Numbered from the stretch's first letter, positions 1 through 10,276 are shown. The stretch is 62,948 nt of DNA from an uncultured Gammaproteobacteria bacterium (GCA_964510495.1 CAZECR010000002.1:13767-76714); one strand, 5' to 3'. Notes: generated by a model from the sequence alone, not told the origin. Numbers and translations: made by a program.

Positions 1-1177
1 TAAACTTCCATTCATTAATCCGATTTGCCAGGATTACAGTAAGACCGGCGACAATCGATTCTGTTGAACCGACGGCTGCAAGCACAAAACCATTATGCAT
101 CACCCCGGAAAGTGCCGCAATCATACCCATGATAGGAGCCAGACAAGCTCCGATTAAAAGACCCAAACGAGCAGGATTGGTAAAGTCCTGGCGCAAGGCA
201 ATATGATAGAGGCGTTCGTGGTGCACCTCAGCAAGCTTACTTGCTTGCTGCAATTTATGAGCACTTTTTTGATACAAAAACAAAGACTGTATTGCCGTAG
301 TAAGCGACAGAGCCACTGCGGAAAGACCAAAGACAATACCGGCTAGTGCCGTATGCCCGGTTTCAAGTAAATGCTCGACTTGAAAAGCCCCATAGGTAGC
401 TATGGCGAATACCGGTATAAGAATAATCGAACGACGAGCCAAAACTTTCCAGCCAAACCCGGAACCACGCAGGGCCGTCATTTCAGCGGCTTCACCCAGG
501 AGATCATCTGCTGATGCGGCAAAAACTTTACCTATGCCTGAAGCGTATTTTTCAAGCACATGCGCGATGGGGCCGACGATAAATAAAATTTTAATAATCG
601 ACTGCGCAATTTCAGTGCGCTCATGAGCGTTATCGTTGATAATTCTAAAAACAGAGTAATCAACCGAAAGGGGGTACAAAATTTCTGTCAGTTCAGTCAT
701 CAGCTTTTGCTCTTCCGGTTTAATACCGACATTTTCTTCATCAACCAAAACTAAACGTTTGAAACGCAAACGATCACGCAAAAGTATTTCAACCGCTTCA
801 TCTAAATTTTCTTTGTGCTCATTGGCCTTTTGACGATCAGCTTCGGTAATACGAGGTAAGTGTTTATTTCTCAATAACTCTGGCAGCCACGTAATAATAT
901 AGTTTTCTTGAGAGAAGACGCTAATAGTGTGAACTGCTTTCAAAATATTTTCGGGAGTTTTAAGAACCGTACGCACACCAATTGCCTTACCTTCAGCAAG
1001 AATCTGACTAATCTTTGGTTTGTAGTCCGGATATTTTTTGAGAATATATCGTAATTCAATCGGTAAATATTCTTCAAACTCCAATTCTTTTTCAAGAGAA
1101 ATAACATCAATCCGGTAGGTACCAATAAGGGATTCTTCAGGCGGTTTACCCATGAGACGAGACAAGAATTTTGGCAT
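1..1177 (-). CDS. hypothetical protein, 3'-truncated by the window edge (soluble N-terminal region, hydrophobic C-terminal helices)
   Basis: Manual minus-strand translation from ATG at 1177 (MPKFLSRLMGKPPEESLIGTYRID...) gives 392 codons with no in-frame stop down to position 2. It is absent from the ORF track because its stop lies outside the window. No family recognised. Confidence 0.6.
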   Translation of the reverse strand, partial: MPKFLSRLMGKPPEESLIGTYRIDVISLEKELEFEEYLPIELRYILKKYPDYKPKISQILAEGKAIGVRTVLKTPENILKAVHTISVFSQENYIITWLPELLRNKHLPRITEADRQKANEHKENLDEAVEILLRDRLRFKRLVLVDEENVGIKPEEQKLMTELTEILYPLSVDYSVFRIINDNAHERTEIAQSIIKILFIVGPIAHVLEKYASGIGKVFAASADDLLGEAAEMTALRGSGFGWKVLARRSIILIPVFAIATYGAFQVEHLLETGHTALAGIVFGLSAVALSLTTAIQSLFLYQKSAHKLQQASKLAEVHHERLYHIALRQDFTNPARLGLLIGACLAPIMGMIAALSGVMHNGFVLAAVGSTESIVAGLTVILANRINEWKF

Positions 1178-1190
1178 ATATAGCTAGATT

Positions 1191-2276
1191 TTATAATTCA
1201 ACAAATGTTTGGTCCCCAATAATGAGGCGATGGGGTGTATTTTCAGGATGCGCGAGCACCTTTGCTTCTTTGCCGATGATACTATCCGTAATATGCACAT
1301 TTGCCTCCAGGCGGCTATCACTGAAGACAATAGAATTTTCAATTGACATATTTTTGACAATCGAATTTGAGCCAATAGTTGTATATGCTCCAAGCGTACA
1401 GTTTTCGAGATAACAGGTATCTCCAACTAATACCGGGCCATTAATAACTACATTTTTACCAATAACCGTGTTTTTTCCGATACCGATTTTTCCACTGTAT
1501 TTTGTATCCGCAAGGCAAGCGCATTCCAATTTAAAATCTTTATCCGGCATTTCTTCAAAAAGAAGCCTGTTTGCAGCAATAAGATCATTCGGTTTACCAG
1601 TATCTTTCCACCAGCCAGTAATTTCACGATACCCAACTTTATAATTGTTTTTTAGAAAGTAGGAATGAATACTCGAAATTTCATATTCACCCCGATCTGA
1701 TTTAGCGATCTGACTAAAAGCTTTAAAAAAATTACTGTTATAGAGATAGATTCCCGTGACCGCAAAGTCGCTTGGCGGATTTTTTGGTTTTTCAATAATA
1801 TCCACCAAAATTCCTTTGCTATCAAACTCAGGAACACCAAAGCGTTCTGGGTCAGGAACTTTCGACAATGCCAACATACAATCCAGATTTTCCTCGTCAA
1901 ATGTTTTAAAAAGTGGCGCAAGACTTCCTAGTACAATATTATCCGACAAATAAAACATAAAAGGGTCGTCACCGATAAATTTTTCAGCACACTTTACCAC
2001 GTGAGCAATTCCTTGTGGTCCTCCTGTCTGTTCAAAACAAGTGATCGTAACCCCCCACCTGCTTCCGTCGCCGACGACTTCTTGAATTTGTGTTTCACCT
2101 GGGTTCGTATTAATAAAAATTTCTTCTACACCTGCTTCAACAGCCTTTTCAATCGCATGAAAAATCATTGGTTTACCAGCCAGCGGAATAAGGTGTTTAT
2201 TAATAGTGGTAGTGATAGGACGCAAACGTGTCGCTCGTCCCCCACCAGTTAAAATTGCTTTTTTAATCTGAGCCAT
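1191..2276 (-). CDS. rmlA: sugar-1-phosphate nucleotidyltransferase, long form with C-terminal left-handed beta-helix (glucose-1-phosphate thymidylyltransferase-like)
   Basis: 361 aa. AILTGGGRATRLRPIT matches the GxGxRL nucleotidyltransferase signature. The C-terminal third has hexapeptide-like repeats (IGKNTVIGKNVVINGPVLVGD). Same operon as RmlB. Confidence 0.75.
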   Translation of the reverse strand: MAQIKKAILTGGGRATRLRPITTTINKHLIPLAGKPMIFHAIEKAVEAGVEEIFINTNPGETQIQEVVGDGSRWGVTITCFEQTGGPQGIAHVVKCAEKFIGDDPFMFYLSDNIVLGSLAPLFKTFDEENLDCMLALSKVPDPERFGVPEFDSKGILVDIIEKPKNPPSDFAVTGIYLYNSNFFKAFSQIAKSDRGEYEISSIHSYFLKNNYKVGYREITGWWKDTGKPNDLIAANRLLFEEMPDKDFKLECACLADTKYSGKIGIGKNTVIGKNVVINGPVLVGDTCYLENCTLGAYTTIGSNSIVKNMSIENSIVFSDSRLEANVHITDSIIGKEAKVLAHPENTPHRLIIGDQTFVEL

Positions 2277-2280
2277 AGAA

Positions 2281-3387
2281 TTACCAAAAGAGAATTTTTT
2301 TTATTTTCCGCCAATAAAAGGATAAAATCGGATTACCAATTGAATTTAACAGAAAATTATTAATCATCGGATCATCAAAAATAATTTCACCAACTGCTGT
2401 TTTTAACAGTTCGCGATCGGTGACGTGGCGTAGACCCTGAATATAGTGTCTTTTTTTAAGCCAAAAAACCCAATTACTCGGATTAAGCCAATACCAGTAT
2501 ACCCTGATTTTTTCCTTTAGCCAACCCTTTTTGGCTGCAAAAAAGCACAAACCCAGTTCAGTTACCAAAGCCGCCGGTAACAATAGGAGTATCGTTCGCC
2601 AACGATAATACATAAGGATAACCGCCTGACGATTCCGCTCCATCAGATACATCTTTTCTGCATTCCGACTGAAAGCATATTCATGATAAAAATATGATGT
2701 TGTAGCCACACTTACCCTGAAACCGGCTAATTTTAAACGCAATGAGTATTCCAAATCTTCATGATATAAAAATAGGTCTTCATCAAGCGCGCCGTACTTT
2801 TTAATCAGATCACTGCGAAGCAGCAAAGCCGCCCCACTGGCATATCCTGCTTCTGGTATTTTTAGGGGGTGAGCGTTTAAATAATCCTTAAGGTTTACTT
2901 TATACTTATCACAATAACCGAAACCCAAAAAATGAAAGTTGTTGCCAAAACTGTTAATTTTCTCTTTTTCATCATGAAGCAATACTACCGACTGAAGTGC
3001 GCCGATATTTTTATCTGCCTCGGCGGCAGCAACAATGTGCGTTAATGCGCTTTCTACCAAATATCCGTCTTGATTATGTAAAAAAATATACTCACAACCA
3101 AGCTCAAGCGCCTTTTGAATACCAATATTATTACCTTTTGCAAAACCAGTATTTATTTTTTGCGGTAAAATATGTACTTCAGGCAAAGTATTCCCCGATA
3201 ACGACCGCAGCGTATTTTCAAGATACTCGGCTGCTGATCCAAAATTAGGGTGCGGATTATCTACCACAATAAAAACTAACCTATCCTTGGGATAGGTAGT
3301 TTTTGCCAAGGCCTCAATCGCCCGAGCTAAAAACGGTTCGGGATGATAGGCAAGGTAGACGATACCTACCTTAGGAAATCGGTCCAT
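2281..3387 (-). CDS. family 2 glycosyltransferase (rhamnosyltransferase-like)
   Basis: 368 aa. GT-A pattern: VGIVYLAYH, FIVVDNPH, YHEDLEYSLRLKLAGF. Hydrophobic C-terminal segment. Confidence 0.8.
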   Translation of the reverse strand: MDRFPKVGIVYLAYHPEPFLARAIEALAKTTYPKDRLVFIVVDNPHPNFGSAAEYLENTLRSLSGNTLPEVHILPQKINTGFAKGNNIGIQKALELGCEYIFLHNQDGYLVESALTHIVAAAEADKNIGALQSVVLLHDEKEKINSFGNNFHFLGFGYCDKYKVNLKDYLNAHPLKIPEAGYASGAALLLRSDLIKKYGALDEDLFLYHEDLEYSLRLKLAGFRVSVATTSYFYHEYAFSRNAEKMYLMERNRQAVILMYYRWRTILLLLPAALVTELGLCFFAAKKGWLKEKIRVYWYWLNPSNWVFWLKKRHYIQGLRHVTDRELLKTAVGEIIFDDPMINNFLLNSIGNPILSFYWRKIKKILFW

Positions 3388-4252
3388 AGTATTTATGCGT
3401 ACCGCGCCACTTCCACATATATTTAAGCCAGCTTAAAAGATGGAGGCGAGCCAAACGATTTTTAAACAGGGCGCGCCAGACACCGGGGATCTTGGCCGAT
3501 TCGCGTTCATGGCGGTGCTTGATAACAATGTCATGCACAAAATAGACCGGCCACCCCTTTTCCCACATCGATCGACACCAATCGCAATCTTCCATATAAA
3601 TAAAATACCGCTCATCAAACCAACCAACGTCCATCGCTACTTCGTGGCGCACAACCATTGCTGCGCCCAAAACCCAATCCACTGGGCGAGTAGAATTACG
3701 ATCAAAATCAGCCATCAGCAAACGATCCGTATATTTTTTAACCCAGGCGTATTTTTTATCCCAGTTAATTTGTTTAAAGGGCTTGATCAGAATTGAGCTG
3801 AGGTCAAAACGAAAACAAGCTTGCTGCACGCTCTCATCCATGCCGATTAATTTGGGACCAATGCAACCGATTTTAGGATGCTCGTCCATAAAAGCAACAA
3901 GCCGATCAATTGTTTTGGCATTTTCGGGAATAATCGTGTCGCGGTTGAGTGCAAAATAATAACGGGCCGGTACAGCCTTAAATCCGACCGCGTTTCCTTT
4001 TCCAAAACCAACGTTGTCTTTCAGATTGATATACTTTACATTGGGAAATTTTTGGTACAGATCTTTACCGATACTGTCCTGATTGTTTGAATTATCAACT
4101 ACCGTAATATGAATATCATAAAGCGATCCTGTAATATCTTTATATACGGAATCTAAAGCGCGCAAGATATCATCCTTGCAAAAATAATTCAGAAATACAA
4201 TGTTGAGATCTTTCACAGTTTTGTCATTGCGAGGAGAGCAGCGACGAAGCAA
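3371..4252 (-). CDS. family 2 glycosyltransferase
   Basis: 293 aa. Motifs LNIVFLNYF, ITVVDNSNNQD, FIYMEDCDWC. The start at 4252 is TTG; GTG at 4216 is an alternative. Overlaps the downstream GT2 by 17 nt. Confidence 0.8.
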   Translation of the reverse strand: MLRRCSPRNDKTVKDLNIVFLNYFCKDDILRALDSVYKDITGSLYDIHITVVDNSNNQDSIGKDLYQKFPNVKYINLKDNVGFGKGNAVGFKAVPARYYFALNRDTIIPENAKTIDRLVAFMDEHPKIGCIGPKLIGMDESVQQACFRFDLSSILIKPFKQINWDKKYAWVKKYTDRLLMADFDRNSTRPVDWVLGAAMVVRHEVAMDVGWFDERYFIYMEDCDWCRSMWEKGWPVYFVHDIVIKHRHERESAKIPGVWRALFKNRLARLHLLSWLKYMWKWRGTHKYYGPIS

Positions 4253-4288
4253 TCCCCTGGCTTAAACAGAATTATTAAAAAGTATTTA

Positions 4289-5323
4289 TTAGTTCCACCA
4301 TTTTCTTAAATCTTTCCAGGTTATCTTTTTACTTGCCTGAATACTTTTTCGGGCCTGCCTAAGTTCTGCCCGACGACTCCATAGTTCTGATAAACCTTTT
4401 AAAATAGCCGGTTTAAATAATAAAAAATACCCAAACTTCTTTGTTTCATACCATAAAATGGCTAAAAAATCAAGGGTTAGGTTCTGCCACAGCTCGTTCT
4501 TGTAGAGTGTCGCCAGATGATTTTTATAGCTATTGAAAGCCACCAAGTCAGACTGGTGACGTTTACCAGCTGATGCCGCCCGGTCGTCTAAGGCTGCATC
4601 GTGGGCTGCGCTGCGGTCGTGATAGGCAGCTGCGCCCATGACTGCGTACGCTGTAAACCCCGCTAAACGGAGACGAAAGGCCAGATCCACATCTTCTTTA
4701 TACGATTCATACAGATTGTCAAAAACTGTGCCAGCAGGCAGGACGGTCGCTGTAAGACTGCTCCGTCTGAAGAAGGGCAGCGCTCCTGAAACACCGAATA
4801 CTTCCACTGTTTCCGGCTGATTTTTAGGAAGCCACGTCTCCCCTGCTCCAAGCTCAATAACGCGGCGGTTTTTGAGCACCCTAAGACCCAAAGAATCAAT
4901 CGTGGTTGTAAAACCACTTTCTAATCCCTCCGTCACTGAGCGATCAAAATTCCAACGCATGAGGCGTGGTGCAACTACCGCAGCATTCTTATTTGCTTCA
5001 ATAGCTGCCATCAACTTTTGCAGACAGTCCGAAGCAAGATACATGTCTTGATTGATAAGCACAACAAACTCGCTACTACTTTGTGAAAAAGCCTGATTGT
5101 GCCCACCAGCAAAACCTATGTTATGAGCGTTTTCCATCAATCGATACAAACAAGAAAACCTCGGCAATTCTTTTTTAAGAAGCGCAACGGTTGCGTCTTT
5201 AGAAGCATTATCGATAATAAGTAATTCCCAATCAGTAAATGTTTGTCTTCGCAAAGACTCACACAAAAACGGCACATACTTCGCGCCGTTCCAGGTAACT
5301 AATTGTACCGTGAGTTTAGCCAT
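4289..5323 (-). CDS. family 2 glycosyltransferase
   Basis: Motifs MAKLTVQLVTWNG, LLIIDNASKDAT, KEDVDLAFRLRLAGF. The ORF-track start at 5368 runs into the upstream gene. The ATG at 5323 abuts the upstream stop at 5325. Confidence 0.8.
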   Translation of the reverse strand: MAKLTVQLVTWNGAKYVPFLCESLRRQTFTDWELLIIDNASKDATVALLKKELPRFSCLYRLMENAHNIGFAGGHNQAFSQSSSEFVVLINQDMYLASDCLQKLMAAIEANKNAAVVAPRLMRWNFDRSVTEGLESGFTTTIDSLGLRVLKNRRVIELGAGETWLPKNQPETVEVFGVSGALPFFRRSSLTATVLPAGTVFDNLYESYKEDVDLAFRLRLAGFTAYAVMGAAAYHDRSAAHDAALDDRAASAGKRHQSDLVAFNSYKNHLATLYKNELWQNLTLDFLAILWYETKKFGYFLLFKPAILKGLSELWSRRAELRQARKSIQASKKITWKDLRKWWN

Positions 5324-5324
5324 A

Positions 5325-6176
5325 TTAGTATTTGAACCACGAATACATACGAACCAACAAAATTCCAATAGGGCTGAGAATTTGTACTATCAACGGTTTA
5401 ATTCCTGGTTCCCATTTTTTAAAATACACCACGCTACTAGTAAAAAATTGTTTTTGACGAGCGCTATGATTACTTTTCTTAAAACTTTGGCCCACATAAT
5501 CCCGAGCGGTCGCCTCTGGCACATGCCACACTTCATAACCGTGGCGCTTGGCTTCTCGGCACAGATCAACATCTTCAAACCACAAAAAATAACGAGGATC
5601 AAAAGCAAAACCTAATTGCTCCAAAAAAGAACGTCGTACGAGCATACAAGAGCCTCGCACTGAATCAACTTTGGTATTCTTAGTAAAATCAGTACCGTAA
5701 TACTGATAAGTATTAAGGAAGCTTGGAAAAAGATGCGGCAACTTGAATAACTGAAGCATCAACACTCCGAACGTAGGGAATCTGCGTGGCAGTGTTTCAG
5801 TATTTATTGCTCCGACAGCATTTGTGAGGAGTGGCGCCGCAACAGCACAGATTGGATGCTCACGCATGAAAGAAACGAGTGTTGCTATGCTTTCGGGAGC
5901 AAGCTGCATGTCCGGATTGAGAAATAAAATAAATTCTCCTTTTGACAAAGTCAAAGCTTGATTGTTTGCAGCAGCAAAACCAACGTTCACAGCATTTTGT
6001 AATACCCTAACTTTAGGAAAGTCGGTTGTAACAACTGAGACAGTAGTGTCTTTAGAAGCATTATCAACCACCAACTGCTCAAACATAAGTTTGGAAACAG
6101 CTGGCGCAACTGAAGCGAGCTGAGCCGCAATAAATTCAGCAGAATTCCACGTAACCGTAATAACCGAAACATCCAT
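5325..6176 (-). CDS. family 2 glycosyltransferase
   Basis: 283 aa. Motifs MDVSVITVTWNS, LVVDNASKDTT, FLWFEDVDLCREAKRHGY. Confidence 0.8.
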   Translation of the reverse strand: MDVSVITVTWNSAEFIAAQLASVAPAVSKLMFEQLVVDNASKDTTVSVVTTDFPKVRVLQNAVNVGFAAANNQALTLSKGEFILFLNPDMQLAPESIATLVSFMREHPICAVAAPLLTNAVGAINTETLPRRFPTFGVLMLQLFKLPHLFPSFLNTYQYYGTDFTKNTKVDSVRGSCMLVRRSFLEQLGFAFDPRYFLWFEDVDLCREAKRHGYEVWHVPEATARDYVGQSFKKSNHSARQKQFFTSSVVYFKKWEPGIKPLIVQILSPIGILLVRMYSWFKY

Positions 6177-6178
6177 AC

Positions 6179-7252
6179 TTATTTTTTGAGCTGTGCTTTA
6201 AAAAAATCGACAACAGGAATAGCCGTTGGATCAATACCCTCAAGAAGCGCTGAGTAGTAACTAGCAAAGCTTGTAAAAAGCAATACTTCAAATACCTGTG
6301 CTAGAGCATTCTTTTCTTGAGCAATATAGGAAACAGCCGCAATCTTACGCTGGTCTAAAATCTGTTTACCAATTTCATAGCGTTTTTGAATACGTTTATC
6401 GTAAAGATTGGATTCAACAAAAACAAATAACAAATTTTGAGTATTTGTTTTGGGATATAAGAGACCTTCCATAAGATGATGATTAAGTTCTGGTACTACA
6501 AAATATCCTCCAAATCGTTTAGCATTTTCATTCATTTGGTTGGCGCCAATATGTACATTACCCGCCAAGTGTTCGCTGGCTGCATACCAAACTGTTTTGC
6601 CTACAGTTCCCCAAGCCAAAGCTTTAGCAAAATTATGAGCACTTGGTGTATCAACACCAAACAAAGCTTCGTATTTGGAAATGGTTGTAAGGATTATTTT
6701 TATTTCTTTTTCGCCAAAAGTAATTAACCCAGCAGCAGCAAAAATAAGCAGTTGCCCCACGATTGAATACCCTAGCCCCATGCGCGGAGAGCCGCAAGGG
6801 TTATTTTCAGTCGTAAACAAAAAAGCAGGTATCTTATTCTTTTCAGCCCAAATTTTAAGCGTGCCACCGGAAGAAATGGTTATAACTTTAGCTTTTTTAG
6901 CGAGCGCTTCTTTGCCAGCAGCAACCGGCTCTTCAGTTGTACCTGAATAACTAGAAACAATCACGAGCGTGTTCTCAGTTACTGAAGCCGGAACATGATA
7001 GCCATTAACGATGTCTACCGGCACACCAAGTGAGCTTGCATACAATGCTTTTATGACATGAGAACCAAGCGTTGAACCGCCCATACCGAGCACAACAACG
7101 TTTCTAACTTGAGTATATGCCTTAGGCAAGGCAAAACGTTTACCTGAAGTAATTTGCTCGACTTGTTTACCAAGCAGCTCTAAGCTTCCCAGCATATTTT
7201 GAGTATCCAATTTTTTTATTTTTTCACGTGAATTGAGAATGGCCTGATTCAT
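6179..7252 (-). CDS. bifunctional phosphoglucose/phosphomannose isomerase (SIS-domain)
   Basis: 357 aa with two SIS-type phosphosugar-binding segments (VVVLGMGGSTLGSHV; VIVSSYSGTTEEP). Length and layout match the archaeal-type PGI/PMI family. Confidence 0.7.
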   Translation of the reverse strand: MNQAILNSREKIKKLDTQNMLGSLELLGKQVEQITSGKRFALPKAYTQVRNVVVLGMGGSTLGSHVIKALYASSLGVPVDIVNGYHVPASVTENTLVIVSSYSGTTEEPVAAGKEALAKKAKVITISSGGTLKIWAEKNKIPAFLFTTENNPCGSPRMGLGYSIVGQLLIFAAAGLITFGEKEIKIILTTISKYEALFGVDTPSAHNFAKALAWGTVGKTVWYAASEHLAGNVHIGANQMNENAKRFGGYFVVPELNHHLMEGLLYPKTNTQNLLFVFVESNLYDKRIQKRYEIGKQILDQRKIAAVSYIAQEKNALAQVFEVLLFTSFASYYSALLEGIDPTAIPVVDFFKAQLKK

Positions 7253-7278
7253 ACAACAAAAATTAAAAGTAAGCCTAT

Positions 7279-8130
7279 CTATGCAGCGCTCTTTTTGCTC
7301 GCCGCATATTTCATCATCGCGTCGCGCACCGCTTCCTTGATCGGTCGCATGGTAATACCAAACTTGCCTAGATTTTCTGATTGCAAAATAGTATTAGAGC
7401 GTTTTTTGTCAGCCAATCCATTTGAAACAAGTTCTTCGGCAGTAATCCATTCGTTGGTGTGAGTTGGGTCAACCAACTCATGATACAATTCTAAAATTTC
7501 ACGGTGACGAATGCTGCCTGGATTAGTAACATGAAATATTCCTGTTGCGCGTGCGCTGAGTAGTTTATAAAATACATCAATCATATCCTCAACAACGGTA
7601 GCGCTATTTACAACATCTACAACTTTAGGATAACGGACGAGTTTATCAATTAAATTTTGTGGGACTGAAACACTATCAATTGGCATGCGAATTCGGCCAA
7701 TACCGATATTTGGTAACGTCGAAAGTGCCAAGTCAGCCGCATATTTCGCTTTGGTGTAGACAGCCAATGGATTGGCAGGATCGCTTTCTGTGTAGCCATG
7801 TGGATCTGCTGCATAACCATAATAAATACAGCCTGTTCCCATATGGAGCAGATAGATTGATCGCTCCTGGCACGCCTGAGCAATCTTGAGCGGCAAAATA
7901 GTATTGCCAGCAATTGTTTCTAGTTGGTGCGTTTCACACCAATCTACATTCGGTTTTCCGACTACCCCAGCGGCATTCAGGACAACATCTGGATTATGAG
8001 CATCCAGCAGCGCGCGAACATCAGCAACAGTTTCAACACGGCCCTCAGCCACAACAGCTTCATCTTTCCAGACTGCAGCACATCGTAATCCTAAATAACC
8101 TTTACCAATAATAAGAATTTTCATAAGCAT
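7279..8130 (-). CDS. NRS/ER-like nucleotide-4-keto-6-deoxyhexose 3,5-epimerase/4-reductase (usually auto-annotated as dTDP-4-dehydrorhamnose reductase)
   Basis: NAAGVVGKPNVDWCETHQLETI, MGTGCIYYG, YTKAKYAAD, RIRMPI, RYPKVVDVVNS and TNPGSIRHREILELY line up block by block with plant NRS/ER (UER1). Start is ambiguous: TTG 8133, ATG 8130 or ATG 8124. Confidence 0.7.
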   Translation of the reverse strand: MLMKILIIGKGYLGLRCAAVWKDEAVVAEGRVETVADVRALLDAHNPDVVLNAAGVVGKPNVDWCETHQLETIAGNTILPLKIAQACQERSIYLLHMGTGCIYYGYAADPHGYTESDPANPLAVYTKAKYAADLALSTLPNIGIGRIRMPIDSVSVPQNLIDKLVRYPKVVDVVNSATVVEDMIDVFYKLLSARATGIFHVTNPGSIRHREILELYHELVDPTHTNEWITAEELVSNGLADKKRSNTILQSENLGKFGITMRPIKEAVRDAMMKYAASKKSAA

Positions 8131-8133
8131 CAA

Positions 8134-9132
8134 TTAAAAACGTTGCTGAACTCCCGGATCTATATTTGGTCGTCCGGCTTTAAGTGGTCGCCACCACGCT
8201 TCGTTATTTTGATACCAGACAACTGTTTCTTGAAGCCAGGTATCAAAATCATGCTCCGGACTCCAACCTAATGCACGAAGTTTGCTATCATCAAGCGCAT
8301 AGCGAAAATCATGGCCTAATCGATTAGGAACATACTCAATCAACTTTTCAGATTTACCCAGTAAACTCAATATTTTTTGGGTAACAGTAAAATTAGTTTC
8401 TTCAGCTCCTCCCACACAATAGGTTTCCCCGACGACGCCTTTTTCAATAACAGTTTCAATCGCTCGACAATGATCAAGGACAAAAAGCCACGAACGAATA
8501 TTCTCTCCTTTGCCCATGAGCGGCACTGATTGATTGTCGATCAAATTAGTAACAAATCGGGGAATTAATTTTTCGGGATCGCACCAAGGACCAAAATTAT
8601 TAGCACAATTAGTAATCGTACTAGGAAGACCGTAGGTAGAAAAATAACTTTTAACCAACAGATCTGCTGCAGCTTTGGATGCGGCATATGGTGTACGGGG
8701 CTCGAGCGGTGTGCTTTCGGTAAACGGCGCGTCTGTTGGACCCAGATGACCAAAAACTTCGTCAGTCGAAATGTGATGGAAACGTTTAATTTTGTACTTA
8801 AGAGCAGCCGCTAACAGAACTTGCGTACCAAGCACATTTGTTGTTACAAAAATACTTGGATCCATAATTGACCGGTCAACATGACTTTCGGCGGCAAAAT
8901 GAACTACAAGATCCGTCCCCGACATGAGACCATCAACCACTTTTGTGTCAGTAATATTACCACGCACAAAAGTATACTGAGGATTATTTTCCACATCCCG
9001 AAGATTTTCGAGATGCCCAGCATAGGTAAGCGCATCGAGATTGGTTACCTGGTCATGAGGGTGTGCAAGAAGCCAATACCGAATAAAATTTGATCCAATA
9101 AATCCGGCGCCGCCGGTAACAAGTACGCGCAT
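8134..9132 (-). CDS. rmlB: dTDP-glucose 4,6-dehydratase
   Basis: MRVLVTGGAGFIGSNF Rossmann fold, HISTDEVFG, and PYAASKAAADLL (YxxxK). About 330 aa. ATG at 9132; the ORF track extends to TTG at 9138. Confidence 0.9.
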   Translation of the reverse strand: MRVLVTGGAGFIGSNFIRYWLLAHPHDQVTNLDALTYAGHLENLRDVENNPQYTFVRGNITDTKVVDGLMSGTDLVVHFAAESHVDRSIMDPSIFVTTNVLGTQVLLAAALKYKIKRFHHISTDEVFGHLGPTDAPFTESTPLEPRTPYAASKAAADLLVKSYFSTYGLPSTITNCANNFGPWCDPEKLIPRFVTNLIDNQSVPLMGKGENIRSWLFVLDHCRAIETVIEKGVVGETYCVGGAEETNFTVTQKILSLLGKSEKLIEYVPNRLGHDFRYALDDSKLRALGWSPEHDFDTWLQETVVWYQNNEAWWRPLKAGRPNIDPGVQQRF

Positions 9133-9141
9133 AAGCAAAAA

Positions 9142-10269
9142 TTAAACAGTTGTTTCAATAGTACTGACCTTACTGACATTCGTCACGAGCCCCATGGCCG
9201 CCATGAGCGCCATGAGCGCCGAACCTCCTTGGCTAATAAACGGCAAAGGTACACCGGTCAGCGGCAAGGCGCCGACCATTGCTCCAATATTCAAAAAAGA
9301 TTGCCACATGAACCAAACCATGATTCCACCCACCAATACCCGGCCGGCTTCGTCCGGAGCCCCGGCAGCAATTTTAAGACCACGCCAGCCAATTACTAAA
9401 ATTAGCAGTATAATTCCCGCAGAAATTAAAAAACCAGTTTCTTCGCTCATGACAGCAAAAACTGAATCAGTATTCACTTCAGGCAAATATTGGAACTTCT
9501 GGCGTGATTGCCCAAGGCCCAGCCCCCACCAACCACCCGAGCCTACCGCTAAAAACGCTTGGTTAATTTGATATCCAACTCCCTGTGGATCGAGCTCTGG
9601 GTGCAAGAAAGTAGTTAAACGTTGTATGCGATAGGGCGCAGCAATAACCAGTACCAAAAAACCAACCAAACCAACCAAACCCAAAATGGATAGATATTTA
9701 AAAGGTATTTTTAGCAGATATAAAATAACAAAAATAATCATCCCAATAATCGAGAGTGTTCCTACGTCTCCCGTTAAGAGTATTGCGGGACTCAGGGCTA
9801 ATAAAATCGGCGTTAAAGTATTTTGCCAGTCATTCCAGTCTCTACGCCTATCTGCCAATAAGTATGCAAGAATAAAAATAACTCCCAGCTTTACCAACTC
9901 AGAAGGTTGAAAACTAAATCCGGCAATACGAAGCCAATTGCGTGAACCGTTGATTACTACTCCGATACCAGGCACAAACCTGAGACATAAAAGAAATAAT
10001 GAAAAACCATAAAACATCCAGGCATATTTTATGGAACGATGGTAATCAACCTTTGAAAAAAACAAAAATAATACTGTCCCCGGTAATAATCCGAACAAAA
10101 TTTGTCGCTTTACAAAAAAATAACTATCATGAAATTTGAGATACGCTAATGGCGCGCTAGCGGAGGTAAGTGCAATTAGACCACAGACAATCAAAATACC
10201 GATATACAAAAGTAATCGGTAATCGGCTCGAGCAGTATCTTTGTGCTTGTGAGCAGGCGGGCGAACCAT
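9142..10269 (-). CDS. ftsW: SEDS-family peptidoglycan polymerase (FtsW/RodA/SpoVE)
   Basis: 375 aa, about 10 hydrophobic helices. Conserved C-terminal block GALPLTGVPLPFISQGGSALM. Confidence 0.8.
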   Translation of the reverse strand: MVRPPAHKHKDTARADYRLLLYIGILIVCGLIALTSASAPLAYLKFHDSYFFVKRQILFGLLPGTVLFLFFSKVDYHRSIKYAWMFYGFSLFLLCLRFVPGIGVVINGSRNWLRIAGFSFQPSELVKLGVIFILAYLLADRRRDWNDWQNTLTPILLALSPAILLTGDVGTLSIIGMIIFVILYLLKIPFKYLSILGLVGLVGFLVLVIAAPYRIQRLTTFLHPELDPQGVGYQINQAFLAVGSGGWWGLGLGQSRQKFQYLPEVNTDSVFAVMSEETGFLISAGIILLILVIGWRGLKIAAGAPDEAGRVLVGGIMVWFMWQSFLNIGAMVGALPLTGVPLPFISQGGSALMALMAAMGLVTNVSKVSTIETTV

Positions 10270-10276
10270 ATCTGTA

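Noticed and set aside
5324-5368. N-terminal extensions offered by the ORF track (5368, 24254, 29557, 42793, 45600, 48004, 54570, 9138, 8133)
   Set aside because: In each case an internal ATG sits next to or overlaps the upstream gene's stop (often as ATGA). That ATG begins at the conserved N-terminal motif of the family. The extensions would overlap upstream coding sequence and add non-conserved residues.
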